NCBI GenBank assembly: GCA_012026655.1
Contig: JAAILG010001164.1
Coordinates: forward strand, 1-64,000
Length of the DNA stretch: 64,000 nucleotides
Direction: 5' to 3'
Source of the DNA: Hydrolagus affinis
Lineage: Eukaryota
Shown piece after piece: positions 26,514-38,589 of the stretch. A program made the position numbers and the translations under genes. Under the pieces are notes generated by a model that was not told the DNA's origin, made no database searches, and worked only from the letters and a program-made list of their open reading frames with translations. Position 1 is the first letter of the stretch. The number at the start of each line of letters is the position of its first letter.

Positions 26514-26641
26514 GCATTGGCTGCCACTTTTCGCCCACAAAAATATACAGTCAATTCACTTTACAGTATATTCTGTGAAGCGCTTTGAGATGTCCAGAAG
26601 ATCTGAAAACCTGTATACCAAATGCAAGGATTATTATTATT
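26514..26641 (+). mobile_element. Young SINE tail
   Basis: Close match to the family tail. Confidence 0.9.
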
Positions 26642-27059
26642 TTTCCCAGATAAATGATTGCATTTCTTCTTATCTAAACTCAGGCCACTCACACAAATAG
26701 CCAATAAATCCTTGGTGTCAGTTACTTGTTAGATATTATAATTATTAATACAGTAATTATTAAACAGTGACCTTCACTCCCCAGCAGAAAAATAACAGTA
26801 AACACATGCAAAAAAGGTGTTGAAGCAATTGCTGACTGTTTTTCCAGGAAGCATTGCATGTTTGTTTTAAAGATGAAATACTCACAGTTTGTAAGGGTTC
26901 AGCAATATAATTATTGAGCAATACAGAAATTGGTGAAATATTTACACAAACTCAAGATTTGCTGCATATTTGATTGTTCTATACTGAACTTTTAAATGGG
27001 TGTATTTGTACCTGTTTCAATCTATTTTTCCACTTCCTTTGAGTAATGACACAACAAGG

Positions 27060-27355
27060 TTATTTTTCTGTGTGGTCTTGCTACTGTGCACATTCCCTCC
27101 ACTCCCATATCTCAGTCTTGCTCCATAACCCCCACTCTCTCCACCCAGCATCAGTGGGTTTGAAACTCTCCTTAATTCTCTCCCACTCATACTTCCCTCT
27201 TCAAAAACCTTTCTAAAAATATACTTCTTTAACTGCATCTTCAGTCATCTCCCTCTAACCTGCTGTCTCCCAACCTTGTTGTGTTTCCACTTGTCTCTCT
27301 GAAGTGCTTTGAGATGCGTTCCTGCATCAAAAGCACTATGTGAGTGTTCTTGTTC
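27060..27355 (+). mobile_element. L2 LINE 3' end, decayed
   Basis: cttcaaaaaccttctaaaaatatacttctttaac (FK..LK.Y.F) and tgaagtgctttgagatg..gcactatg tail. Confidence 0.65.
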
Positions 27356-27794
27356 TATTCTTAACTCAGAATAGTTAAACTCAGTAAAAAAAGTTTTTAA
27401 AAAAACTGTGAAAAAGGCTCTAGTTCTTTAATCATTTATATCAGTTATTATATATTGTTTAAAATGCTATTCCATTGAAAGGGGTACATTTTGTAATAAA
27501 TTGCTAATGCCTCTGTTTTATTGGTGAACAAATGCAACAATGGAATAAGAATAATCCTATGCCACACTTGGCTGCTCATTAGGGATTATTTTCTGCCTCA
27601 AACATAGATCTTCATTTAAGTGACATTGTATTTTCACGTGAAAGTAAGGCTTTCTATTCTCCTTCATACTGTAAAGTGAACAAGCTGGTTCTAATATGTA
27701 ATTTTCTGAGGTTTTTAGGAACCTGGTTGTTAGCCGATTGGCATATTGCATTCTGATGAGGTAACAATCTCTTGAAAAAAATACTTATCAATGA

Positions 27795-27946
27795 TTGTTT
27801 GTGAGACACTGCTGTGCATAATTGGCTGCCACGTTTTGCCCACAAAATATACAGTCATTGCACTTTACAGTATATTCTGTGGTGCTTTGAAATGTCTTGA
27901 AGACATAATAAAGTGGCACTATATCAAATGCAAGGATTATTATTAT
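27795..27946 (+). mobile_element. Young SINE, 5'-truncated (left arm of inverted pair)
   Basis: Family body and tail. Confidence 0.9.
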
Positions 27947-27958
27947 CCCATACAACAT

Positions 27959-28243
27959 ATTAATAATCCTTGGATTTAGTATAGCACTTTTCACATTTTC
28001 TAGATGTCTCAAAGCACTTCACAGAATATACTGTAAAGTGAATTGACTGTTTATGTGTGGGCAAAACATGGCAGCCAATTGCACACAGCCGTGTCCCACA
28101 AGCAGTCTTGGATTGAAATGACCAATTTTTAAAACATTTTTAGGGATTATTATTAGGCATGTGAAGTATGGAAACTTGTCCAAATTGAACCCAGGTTTCT
28201 TGCTTGTAAGGCAAGTGCTCTAACCACTGATCTACATGACTCC
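27959..28243 (-). mobile_element. Near full-length young SINE, short form (right arm of inverted pair)
   Basis: Ends in gtgctctaaccactgatctacatgactcc, the reverse complement of the tRNA head. Confidence 0.9.
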
Positions 28244-29176
28244 ATATTATTATTATCCTTGTAGCTGTCCATAACTTAATTTTAAAAATAATTACCTGAT
28301 TCTTGAACAGTTATCAAAGGATATTCGGAATGATCAGAATAGTAGGATTAGAATTGGTTATACACGAGGATAAAAACACAAGTACAAAACTGATAGGCTG
28401 TTTGTGTGCTGTAATAATCTTTCATTAATAGAGATATATAACGTGTAGTCACATGTAGGTAAGTTCACATGTAGCCCTCGTGAATCCTGAGTAAATCATG
28501 TAATTTTGCCACTGAACATAATGAATTTGCTTACCACATGGAAGAAATTTGCTCACTTACTGACATCATGAGACAGAAACAAATTTCCTGGACCCTGGCC
28601 TTGGTAATGGAGTCGATCTATGTTTAAAATGATATATCAAGTGCAGGATTCTGAATTGTTGAGAACCCCTTAGAGAAATGGTAACCATATCATAAAAGTG
28701 CGCAGGGAAAAGATGCCAATACAAACTACAGTTGACAAACAGAACAAGAAAGAAGATGTTCAACAGAGGCGATGAGTTACACCAGAGCATCCATATTATG
28801 ACCATAGGATAAATAAATTTCAGTAAAAAGAAAACCACTTCATGCAATGCATAAATATTCTGTGTCCATTTTGCAAATGTGTGCATAAATGTATCAACGT
28901 TATTTCTGAATTATATGTACTTTTATGTTTTTGCTATTTTATATTATTCATTTGGGAACCATGATCTGCAAAACTGATCTTGCTAGCCTGTCTCTGAGCT
29001 CTTAGCTTACTGCCGAGAGGAGGAGGCGGATTGGCTTTCCCTGCTGAGAAAAGCATTCGTGTTAATAGATAAACTGCCTTTCTCCACATCTCAGCAGCAT
29101 GTGATTTACAAAACTCTGCTCTTCCTGGCTTTGACTGTGAATTGAAATTTGGCAGAGTCGTACATCAAGGAAAGAC

Positions 29177-29220
29177 TCCAGGATAAAGGGCTTCAGGATA
29201 AAGGGACTCCAGGATAAAGT
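29177..29220 (+). repeat. Tandem repeat, 3 x ~15-16 bp (CTCCAGGATAAAGGG)
   Basis: actccaggataaagggcttcaggataaagggactccaggataaag. Confidence 0.85.
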
Positions 29221-30524
29221 TACCCTGATAATTAAATCAGTGTAACTAAGTGTAAGGAAACATATGTAAGTCATGGGGAAAGAGGGGAGGCAGAGGTTGC
29301 TGCATTCCCAGTGTTATCATTGGGGAATAAGCCCAACACCAACGTTATACTGCAATATCGTACATGAGCAATCACCCAGGATCTTCGAAACACTTATAGC
29401 AAGGACTTGCGTTTACTTCTGGGATGAACTGTGATCTCACTGCAACTTTGGCTCACAGGGCTACGATTATTGTAGTTGATGATATCTAAAGTACAAAAAC
29501 AAAACGTTGCACTTCAATAGCATTGTGCCTTTCACATCGTCTTATGTGATTAACTATAATAGAGATAAGGTAGACCTGAGTTAGGATGTCCCAGTTTTGC
29601 CTCTCAATGAAAGTAACAAACACACACAACTGTCTTTGTGTAAAGGGCACTTTGCATGATTTAAGAGCTGGGTCATTCTAATGTGCCACTCTTTCATCTT
29701 CTTTAAAGGAGACAAAGTTCAACATTATTATAAAATGACAGCAGCACTGAACTAGGAAATTTGAAAATGTTTGAGACTAGATTGGTAAAGTTGTTGTAAT
29801 TACTTCACATCTTCTACTTTGGAATCTGTGATGTGCCTTAGTAGTACTCCCTTTGTTAAAGTTTGAGGCATAATTCCACTACATTGTGTAGAGAAACAAT
29901 GAAAAAGCACAATTTAGTTTTTTCCCTGCTTTACATAGATTGCAGTTCTCATCATCTGTTGAATTGACATTGTATGTTCAACATTATATGTTTTATACCT
30001 GTGAACATATTCAGGCTACCGAAACATACCACAGTTTGTGCAGTCTATTTGAATTGGTCATATTTATATCAGGGATTTCTGAAAAATGCATCAATCCAGG
30101 ACACATTTATTTTTTAAAAAGTGTTTTAACCCGAGTTGCACAGTGAGATGGAGTATCAAAGCACCATTCAAGTGCCCGGTAGAATAATATATGGATTGAC
30201 AAATCTTCTTACATTATATTTACAAAAAAAACATTATTTGGGACCAATAATCAATTGATTGGGTCCCATTCAGGCTGTCTAATGCATCATTGAATCTTCT
30301 GTTTTGTTACAACTAATTTACTTGACTATATGCTGTGTCTCTAAACAAAAGGAAGGTGAAATGACGGAACAGATACAGATTAATTCAGGAGTTCAGATTT
30401 AACTCTGCTCCTGGACTGACCTTCAATAATTCCCTGTGTAAACTGCTGAAACTATTGGACTTTGTTTTCAGTGGGAAAAAATAGAATTTGCATTTTATAT
30501 TGTGTATAAAATGGAAAAAAAATT

Positions 30525-30962
30525 CTCATAGCCTTTGTGAATTACGCATTTTGTAGGTGAAATGTGGCAGCTGTTTTGTACACAGCAAAGTCTCACAACA
30601 ACACATGAGGTGCCCTACTAAGTTACCTGTGAGGGCTATTGGCTTGAACACTGGGAGAATCTCCCTTCCCTGTTTTAAAAGGGTCGTGAGACCAAAGTCC
30701 ATCTGAACAGACAAACAGGATCTTGGTTTAACCTCACATCAGAACAATTCAGCGAATTTTTATTTCCTGTTCCAAAGGTACCCCTCCATTAACTACTCAG
30801 GAGTCCAGATTAAATCTGCTCCCAGCCCTGACCTTCATTAAATCCCCTTGTTCACTGCTATAGCAATTGGTCATTGTCTAGACTGGGATCTCAAATCCCG
30901 ATGTGTGGATTGAACCCACAACCTTCCGATTCAGAGATGAGAGTGTTACCAACTGAGCTAGA
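30525..30962 (-). mobile_element. Old Deu-domain SINE split in two (3' part 30525-30745; head ~30890-30962)
   Basis: ttgaacccacaaccttccgattcagagatgagagtgttaccaactgagcta head; ccatctgaacagacaaacaggatcttggtttaacctcacatc domain. Confidence 0.7.
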
Positions 30963-33704
30963 ATGATGCCTAGTAATGTGATTACAAGAAGGAAAGAGGA
31001 TTTATATTTCTTGTTCCAAAAGTGCTCCCGCTGGGGCTGAGGTGAACTCTCTGTCTACACAACTAAGTACAAGGACAAAGTTAGGCAGTTTAGTGTATTG
31101 TAATGTTATGTAACCTGCAAGATGGCGATGATTCTTTCATAATGCTCAAAATCTTAAAGGCTGCTCATTTTGCCACTGAGGAACCTCAAATGCTATCTTT
31201 GAAGTGTAAGACTTTGAAATGGGCTGTAATAAAACCTGATTTGTCTGCACCCGTCTGCATTGATTCCCTTCCAATCCTTGGAATCAAATCAGTGCCCCTA
31301 AAACTGGATTTATCCTGCGCTTGTAACATTGATTTTATTGCAGAAACCGCACTGAGTCGATTCCTATTCTGCAGTGTAAATGGAGCATAATTCTCCCTCC
31401 AACTTGGATTCAGCGACTTCCAGGATGAGCTGTGCAATGTTTGTCAGCAACAGTCTGAACAACCAACAAAATAACAAACACAGACAGCACAAACAATCTT
31501 ACTAACTGTACCAGTTCACCACTCTCCAATAGGCGATCACCTTGCTTGAGTTAAGTCAAACCACAAAAGCGCAGACATTAGCATACAACAGATTGCCCTG
31601 GCCTTATCTTGCACGCTGACAGCTTTATGAAAATTCAGTTTTTTGGGGTCTAAAAACACTCATATCAAAACCAGAACACCCAACATCCCTGAGTGACGTG
31701 CACAGTCTATTCTAAACTAGCATGAATGATCTTCGAATATTATGAATTCACTTGGTGACTTTAATAAAAAAAATCTTCAGGCATCATTCCATTTGACATG
31801 TTTTATTGGCAGAAAAGGTGCTTGTGGGACAGGCAGACAAATGTTAGACAATTTTCTGTGAGTTTACTGCATTTTTACAGGACATTTTACAACATTTTGT
31901 TGCTGCCTTTTACAAGAGATTGGGTGTTAAAGGATGTAGTGAAAGGCATTGAGATTAAATGGTCTGCCAACATGTAATAAACTGGTGTAACAAGCTGAAT
32001 GGTCTGAATGACCTCTCCCATTTCTGATCTGCAGTCACGGTTTCAAATTAGAAATTTGCATCCAAATGGATCAATCCCATCATCACCAGGTTTTCAGCAA
32101 CTTTGAAAATAGAAATGAAACCTAGATTAATATTAAAGCTGTTAGGATCTATGACAACAGGATTATTAACATACAGTATTACCAAATACTATGTATGTTA
32201 ATATGCATACTGTATATTATAAATACTATATACACATACATTTATAACTGCAGATAAAATGAAAGCTATTACAGTAAATACAAGTAGGTCACTGAATTTG
32301 GGAGACTGCAGCAATGATCACAGAGCAGAAAAAACAATCCAGCAACATAAATCTATGTCTGATAATCCTTATTTGCATTCAGCATACAGCACACCCCATT
32401 TGTGGGAGTAGACAAGATATTTACTGCCGGACAATATTAATATGTTCTGAGTGATTCTCCATAGAGTAGTTTAAAAAAAATCACTATTTTCATTATTTGT
32501 CACATGAAAAAATAAAGTTATCCTCAATGTGTTTATGCGATGCGGCTCAGTTTGGCTGTGATATTCAAAATGGTTCAAGTGGACAACTGCACTGCTTCAT
32601 CTTCTGGGAAAAAAAGCACGCACCTGCTGCCAAATTTCCCCCTGTTTTAGCCCTAAAGTTGCCCAATTACAATGATTACCCCCACACACACACACCCACA
32701 CACACAAAGGTCCAGCTTTCACCTAAAGCTTGTCCCACTTTTCTTGGTGTGCTGCACAAACTGAACGTTAAAAAGGATGTCAACGATTTCAGAAAAGCAC
32801 CATCTGCGTTGTTCTTTTCCCCCTCTGTACTCTGAATATTAAGTTGCTAAATTTACACTGCATTAAGGAATTTGACATACAATAAAAATGTGTGTTGATG
32901 TGTTTGCCAATAGGTTTGGAATTCGACCGAGGTGAATCGCCAGAAGGCTGGCCTGTCTATTTAACATGAGCAGCTGGCAGTGTTCTGAGTGTGGGATATA
33001 TTTTAGCAAGCAAGGTGAAATATGTAGCCTAACTGTAACATTTGTATTTTTTATGGTAAGTTAGCATCCCTCTTGTCTTGTTAAAATGACAGATTGAATT
33101 GGAAAACCATTAATATCTCGGGTTTCAGCAGCATGCTTGAAAGAAAACAGGACATTTCTTTTACTCTCAGCAGAGAAACAAACGCAGGCGTAAAAGCAGC
33201 CTTCAACACGACATTTTCTCCTGAGCCAAAGCCTGGGAGGCAATAATTCAAGTTAATTTTTAATGAGGGCTGAAAGGATTCACAAGTAAGCTGCCCCCAT
33301 CCGTCTGTTTGTGTGTTCCTAGGCCTTGTAATAGTGCTGCACATTAAAGGCAGAATTGGCTTGAAAATCTACCTTGGTTTAGATCATTCAAAATAAAAGT
33401 CTCTTCCTTAAGGTGAATTGTGACTGTTTGGGCTGCTCCAGCTGTTTTTGTGGTTATTTTAAAAACTCAAATAAAATGAAAAGAGATTTTCAATTCTATT
33501 TTTGATATTTCTTCAGTGGCTGATATAGTGGAACAATGGTGTCAGCGAGGATGAGGGTTTGAGGCTTGTATATTTGCTGGGAGGGTAAGAGGCAGATAGT
33601 TTGATTAGTTCCTGCTGTATTTATCAGGAGTTGCCTGGAATTGAACAGAAAGTGCAAAATGCTGAGAGTGTGAATTTGCAGTGTGTGGAAGGAGAAATCC
33701 AATA

Positions 33705-33990
33705 TGTAGCTTGGTGGATAGAGCACTCGCCTAACAAGCGAGAGACCGGGGTTTGATTCCAGGCAGGGTGAAACCTTGGGCAAATTTCTTTACTCGACTT
33801 GCCGAATAATAATCCCTCCAAAAAAATTGGTCATTTCAATCCACAATTGTTTGTGGGACACTGCTGTGCGCAATTAGCTTCCACATTTCACTCACATATA
33901 TACAGTCAATTCACTTTACAGTATATTCTGTGAAGCGCTTTGAGACATCTAGAAGATGTGAAAAGCACTACATCAAATGCAATTATTTTT
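33705..33990 (+). mobile_element. Full-length young SINE, short form
   Basis: tgtagcttggtggatagagcactcgcctaacaagcgagagaccggggtttgattccaggcagggtgaaacc head, then family body and tail. Confidence 0.9.
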
Positions 33991-34264
33991 ACGTATTACT
34001 ATTATTAATAATAATATTGCTAGTTTTGAGATCCCAAGTCTTTTACTCAATGAGGCAGAATCCAGAGGTAGCAAGGTGAGGGCGGTAATATCCAAACTCT
34101 GTGCATGCGCATTTTTGTCTGCATGTATACTGTTCAATTTTTCATGGCAGGGTGGTTGGCCAGCTCACCCCACTTCCCCCAGCCACAAATAAATGTCGGT
34201 CAGTCTATTTGACGATGGCAGTGCTGAATGTGAATCTAACATAAGAATTTGAGAGGTAATAAAA

Positions 34265-34445
34265 GAAATGCTGTTACAAAGCAGCATTAGAAAAAGAAAA
34301 ATGGTTTAATGTTTTATCTGCCTGGCTGTGTGAAGGTTGTATGTGAAATGATAACTTTCTGTTTCACATGCTGAGTAACGTCATGCATATTCACAGCCTT
34401 TCTGCTTTTATTTCACATTTCCAGCATCCGCAGTGTTTTGGGTTT
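34265..34445. mobile_element. Penelope-type terminal-repeat remnant
   Basis: cctttctgcttttatttcacatttccagcatccgcagtgttttg resembles the reverse complement of 18398-18450. Confidence 0.55.
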
Positions 34446-36992
34446 ATCTAGACATAAAAATGGTGCGTCTGTGTAACAATGGGAAACATTACTACAGGGC
34501 AATTGAGTTAGATATTAGGAAACAGAATGCAAAAAGGCTACTGTGCTCACAAAACCTGCTCCTCTCATACAAGTACTGTACTCAAAACCTATTTTACCAC
34601 TTCTGTCTTCTCTGCTACAGTATTATGGAGTATGGATACTTCTTGAACTCTAAAGGTAATTAAGCACATTTCCTGACTGAACACTAGCCTTATTCCTTCT
34701 ACAGACATCTTTTAGTCTCTGGTCTGCTTGAGGCTTTTTAATATTGAATCTAGTTCTGCTCTGAAGGTCTAAAATAAAACATCTGCTAACACCTCATCAT
34801 TTTAAAGACTTGGATTGTGTCCTCCTTAATCCTCTTTGTTCAATGATGGCTCTTCTCCCATTTCTAGCACTTTACTTTGCAGCAAGGACAAATATTTACT
34901 TATTAAATCAAATAGAGACTGCGTTATTTTTTGATGGATTGGACACAAGTAACACTGTGTTAACTTCACTATAAAATAGGCATCAGAATGATTACCAGCC
35001 AGGAATGCTGATAACAAGAGACTACAGTTAAAAACACTTCCTCATAGACGTTATACTTGGCTTATAATATGGCAATCATTAAGTTTGTTTTATTCAATTT
35101 TCATAGCAGACACTGAGCGCCAGAATACTTTTGACCAATTGATATATGTAGCTACCAATAATGGTAATGCAATAAGGCATTAATGTATGTTACACAATCA
35201 CTGTTGGTATACTACATTCTATCACATGGAAATTAAAATACATCAAGGGAATCTGATATAATGCATTAAACCGTGAGATTTATAGAAAAACTTGAAGACA
35301 AACTATCAAACTTGGAACGAGTCATAATGGCATCAAGAAAGAAAGAATTATGCAGTTCTCACTAGCACATTTATTCAATAGTTGGCAGCACTATGCAAGT
35401 GATAAACACTATTCGTTATAACCAACATCAACATTTTTATTCTTTATTATTGGAGGATGGCAGACTTCTGTGCTGTTTAGGTGGATTAAGCACGCTGGGG
35501 CGCTACACTGTGTGAAGACACTACATCAATGCAATTTGTTGTTGTTGTTATCAATGGTATCAGTGCTATCTGAGCATGTAACTAATACGGAGTTTACCAA
35601 GTGTAGCCAGAAATAGTAGACACTGGATCTATAATTCTCGCTGTCTCCAGAGTGAAATTTGATTTTACAATACATTATGTACATTCTTCAGGTTTATATG
35701 CCCCTCATTAAAACCAGAGATGAGCAAATAAGTGAACAAGTGTTTTTATTATTCAGAGCAGCTGAACAAAATTAAATTGCTTAACAATTATGTTCAGCTG
35801 GAGAACAATTAAGCTTATTCAGATAACAATCAGGACGACTGCAACAAAAACACAAACTTTGTCAAAAAGCACACAAACTCTCCTGTCCATCTATCCTTTT
35901 TCAGATCCACTAGTTCAATATCAAGCCTGAGTTCCTCTATCCCTGTTCTCAATACCCCTGTGACACTCTGTGACACTTTGTTATTTAGCTGGGGCAGAAT
36001 CAGTTTCTCCCTTCTCTACCCCCACCCCTTGCAGATCCAGATGACATGGACAAATTACAACGAGGATTATTATTGTCTCCACATCTCACCACTACCAAAT
36101 CACTGACTATCCCTCCCAGCATGAAAGGCGCTACAGGAGCTGTTAGTTGTTGTCATTGTTGGTGTTGTCATTGTTGCTTTGCATGAGACATTATCACTTT
36201 ATTTTTAATTATACCAAATGGAATTGATTTTGCTCTATCAAAGTCCCTAATCTGGGTTGTTCTATAAAAGAGAATCACATTCTGAAAGCTGTGAATTAAA
36301 AAAAAACTTTTGACATCAACAGTGGTTTTTTCTATATATCCGTAACCTTTGCAAGAAGGTTACTAATTTAGATTAAATGCAAAAATGAAACATGGGGTTG
36401 AAGACCTTTTGAAATATAAAATAGCGGTTTACATAAAGTTTTAGTTGCAAAGCTGTAGGAAATCATAAATGAAACAAAACGGGTTCATTTTTCTAAAGAC
36501 AAATATACAATTATTTAAGCCTGAATTAAAAATAACTGACCAGATGGCTTTGCATGGAATGCAGACATAGCAGCTGTTAACTATGCTGAGAGGTTTATTA
36601 CATTGGGGTCTATTTTGCACCACGTATAAACCATGTGGAAACGCCTGTGTACAGAGGTCATTACAGGTGGCCTCTATTATGTAATTAACAATCAATGAAA
36701 AGGATTGGCTGTTAATTACATAATTAAGGGCCCCTGTAATTCCTTGTGTACACATGCATTTACACGAGGTGCATAATACACATACGTTTACATATGCACA
36801 TAATAGCCCCAGTGTTAAGGGTGAATTTACTTTTAAAGGATTCATGGTGAAAGATAGTGATGCGAAAATTAATAACTATAATCCTTGCATAATCATTTGC
36901 AATTACTACGCATAAGTCATTCGAGTGATAAGTCATTCGCACTTACTGCGTCTACTAATTTATTTACTAACTTTATTTACCAAATTACAAAT

Positions 36993-37100
36993 TTTGCCCA
37001 CAAAATATACAGTCAATTCATTACTTTACAGTATTTTCTGTGAAGCGCTTTGAGATGTCTCAAAGTTGTGATAAGGCGCCACATCAAATGCAAGGATTTA
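36993..37100 (+). mobile_element. Young SINE tail
   Basis: tttgcccacaaaatatacagtcaattca..gtgaagcgctttgag..aaatgcaaggattt. Confidence 0.85.
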
Positions 37101-37499
37101 CACTTTGCAAATATTTTATCAACCTGCTTTTATTATATCACAAAACATTTGGGGGCAATTTTTGTAATTTTTGTATTCAATGAGGTGAGAAATGTCAGTG
37201 CTGATATTGAATATTTAATTCTAGGAGCTTAGCGTGACATCCAGCACTCCCAGATCATGTAGCTGCAGAGGAAAGCATCCTCTACTCTTTTACAACAACA
37301 TGCTTTAATTAGGGAAACTTCTACTTTAGGATGATATTTTCTTTGTTTCTCCATCAACTTACTTGCCTACAAATACAATCCTTTGTTAAGTGAAAATTGT
37401 CACATTTGCCAAAAATACAGTTACTACACTTTACTGTTACTGTTAACCTTGCACACCTGTTGAAGTGCATGTGCAAGTGGCAAATGGTATCTCCGAGTA

Positions 37500-37930
37500 A
37501 GTGTCTCTCTCTGGGTCTGTGTGAATGTGTGTGTGTCTGTGTATATCTCTGTATCTTTCTCTGTGTCTGTGTCTATGTCCGTGTGTATGAGTGTCTCTGT
37601 GTATCTCTGAGTGTGTGTCTTTCTCTGTGTCTGCGAGTGTGTGTGTATCTGTGAGTGTGTGTGTAGCTGTGAGTGTGTGTGTATTTGTGAGTGTGTGTAC
37701 CTGTATATCTCTGCGTGTGTGTCTTTCTCTTTGTGTGTGAATATGCGTGAGTGTCTGTGTATCTCTGAGTGTGTCTTTCTCTGTGTCTGTGAGTGTGTGT
37801 GTCTGTGAGTGTGTGTGTCTGTGAGTGTGTGTGTATCTGTGAGTGTTTGTGTGTATCTCTGAGTGTGTGTCTTTCTCCGTGTCTGTGAGTGTGTGTGTAC
37901 CTGTGTATCTCTGAGTGTGTGTCTCTGCCT
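37500..37930 (+). repeat. Compound (GT)n/(CT)n microsatellite with higher-order units (e.g. gtgtatctctgagtgtgtgtctttct)
   Basis: Visible directly; explains the THTH/CVCV ORFs. Confidence 0.95.
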
Positions 37931-38315
37931 GGCTCTGTATACTGTGCCGACCCTGAGAGGCAGGAGATGATGAGCTCCTGTAGCCTCCTCACCGGTCACC
38001 CTCCCAAAAAAATGGCCACCCAGTTTATGTTAATCTAATATGTGTTATTGTTATGTTTAGTTTTGAACAATGAAGTGATACAAACTTCATTGGTGCTGTT
38101 GAAGTAAAATGTACCTCAATGGCACCAATCATCCCCTGCAATTTTCCCTCAAAACCCAGGAAAGGCCTCCGCAATTTCCCACAGGAGCCGTAAAGCACTC
38201 CGCAATTGCTTGCAAACATGTCCGCGTTTTTCTATTGGCCCAGGTCATAAATGATCTGTACTTCAACTCCAATTAAGCACTCTTGGACACTGCCCTCTCT
38301 AAAGAGTGCAATACT

Positions 38316-38589
38316 GGAATCCTGTAGTTCAGTGGTTAGAGCAATCACCTTGCAAGTGAGAGACCTGGGTTTGTTTTCAGGCAGGACGAAACCTGCCTGG
38401 AAACCTTCCTTACTCCACACGCCTGATAATAATCTCTCAAAAAAAAGTGGGACACTGCCGTTTGCAATTGGCTGCCACATTTCACCCACAAAATATACAA
38501 TTAATTAACTTTACAGTATATGCTGTGAAGCGCTTTGAGACATCTAAAAGATGTGAAAAGCGCAATATCGAATGCAAAGATTATTATTA
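38316..38589 (+). mobile_element. Near full-length young SINE, short form
   Basis: ggaatcctgtagttcagtggttagagc head; small internal deletion; family tail. Confidence 0.9.

Noticed and set aside
37397-37999. Long ORFs up to 191 aa rich in T/H or C/V
   Set aside because: Translation of a GT microsatellite.
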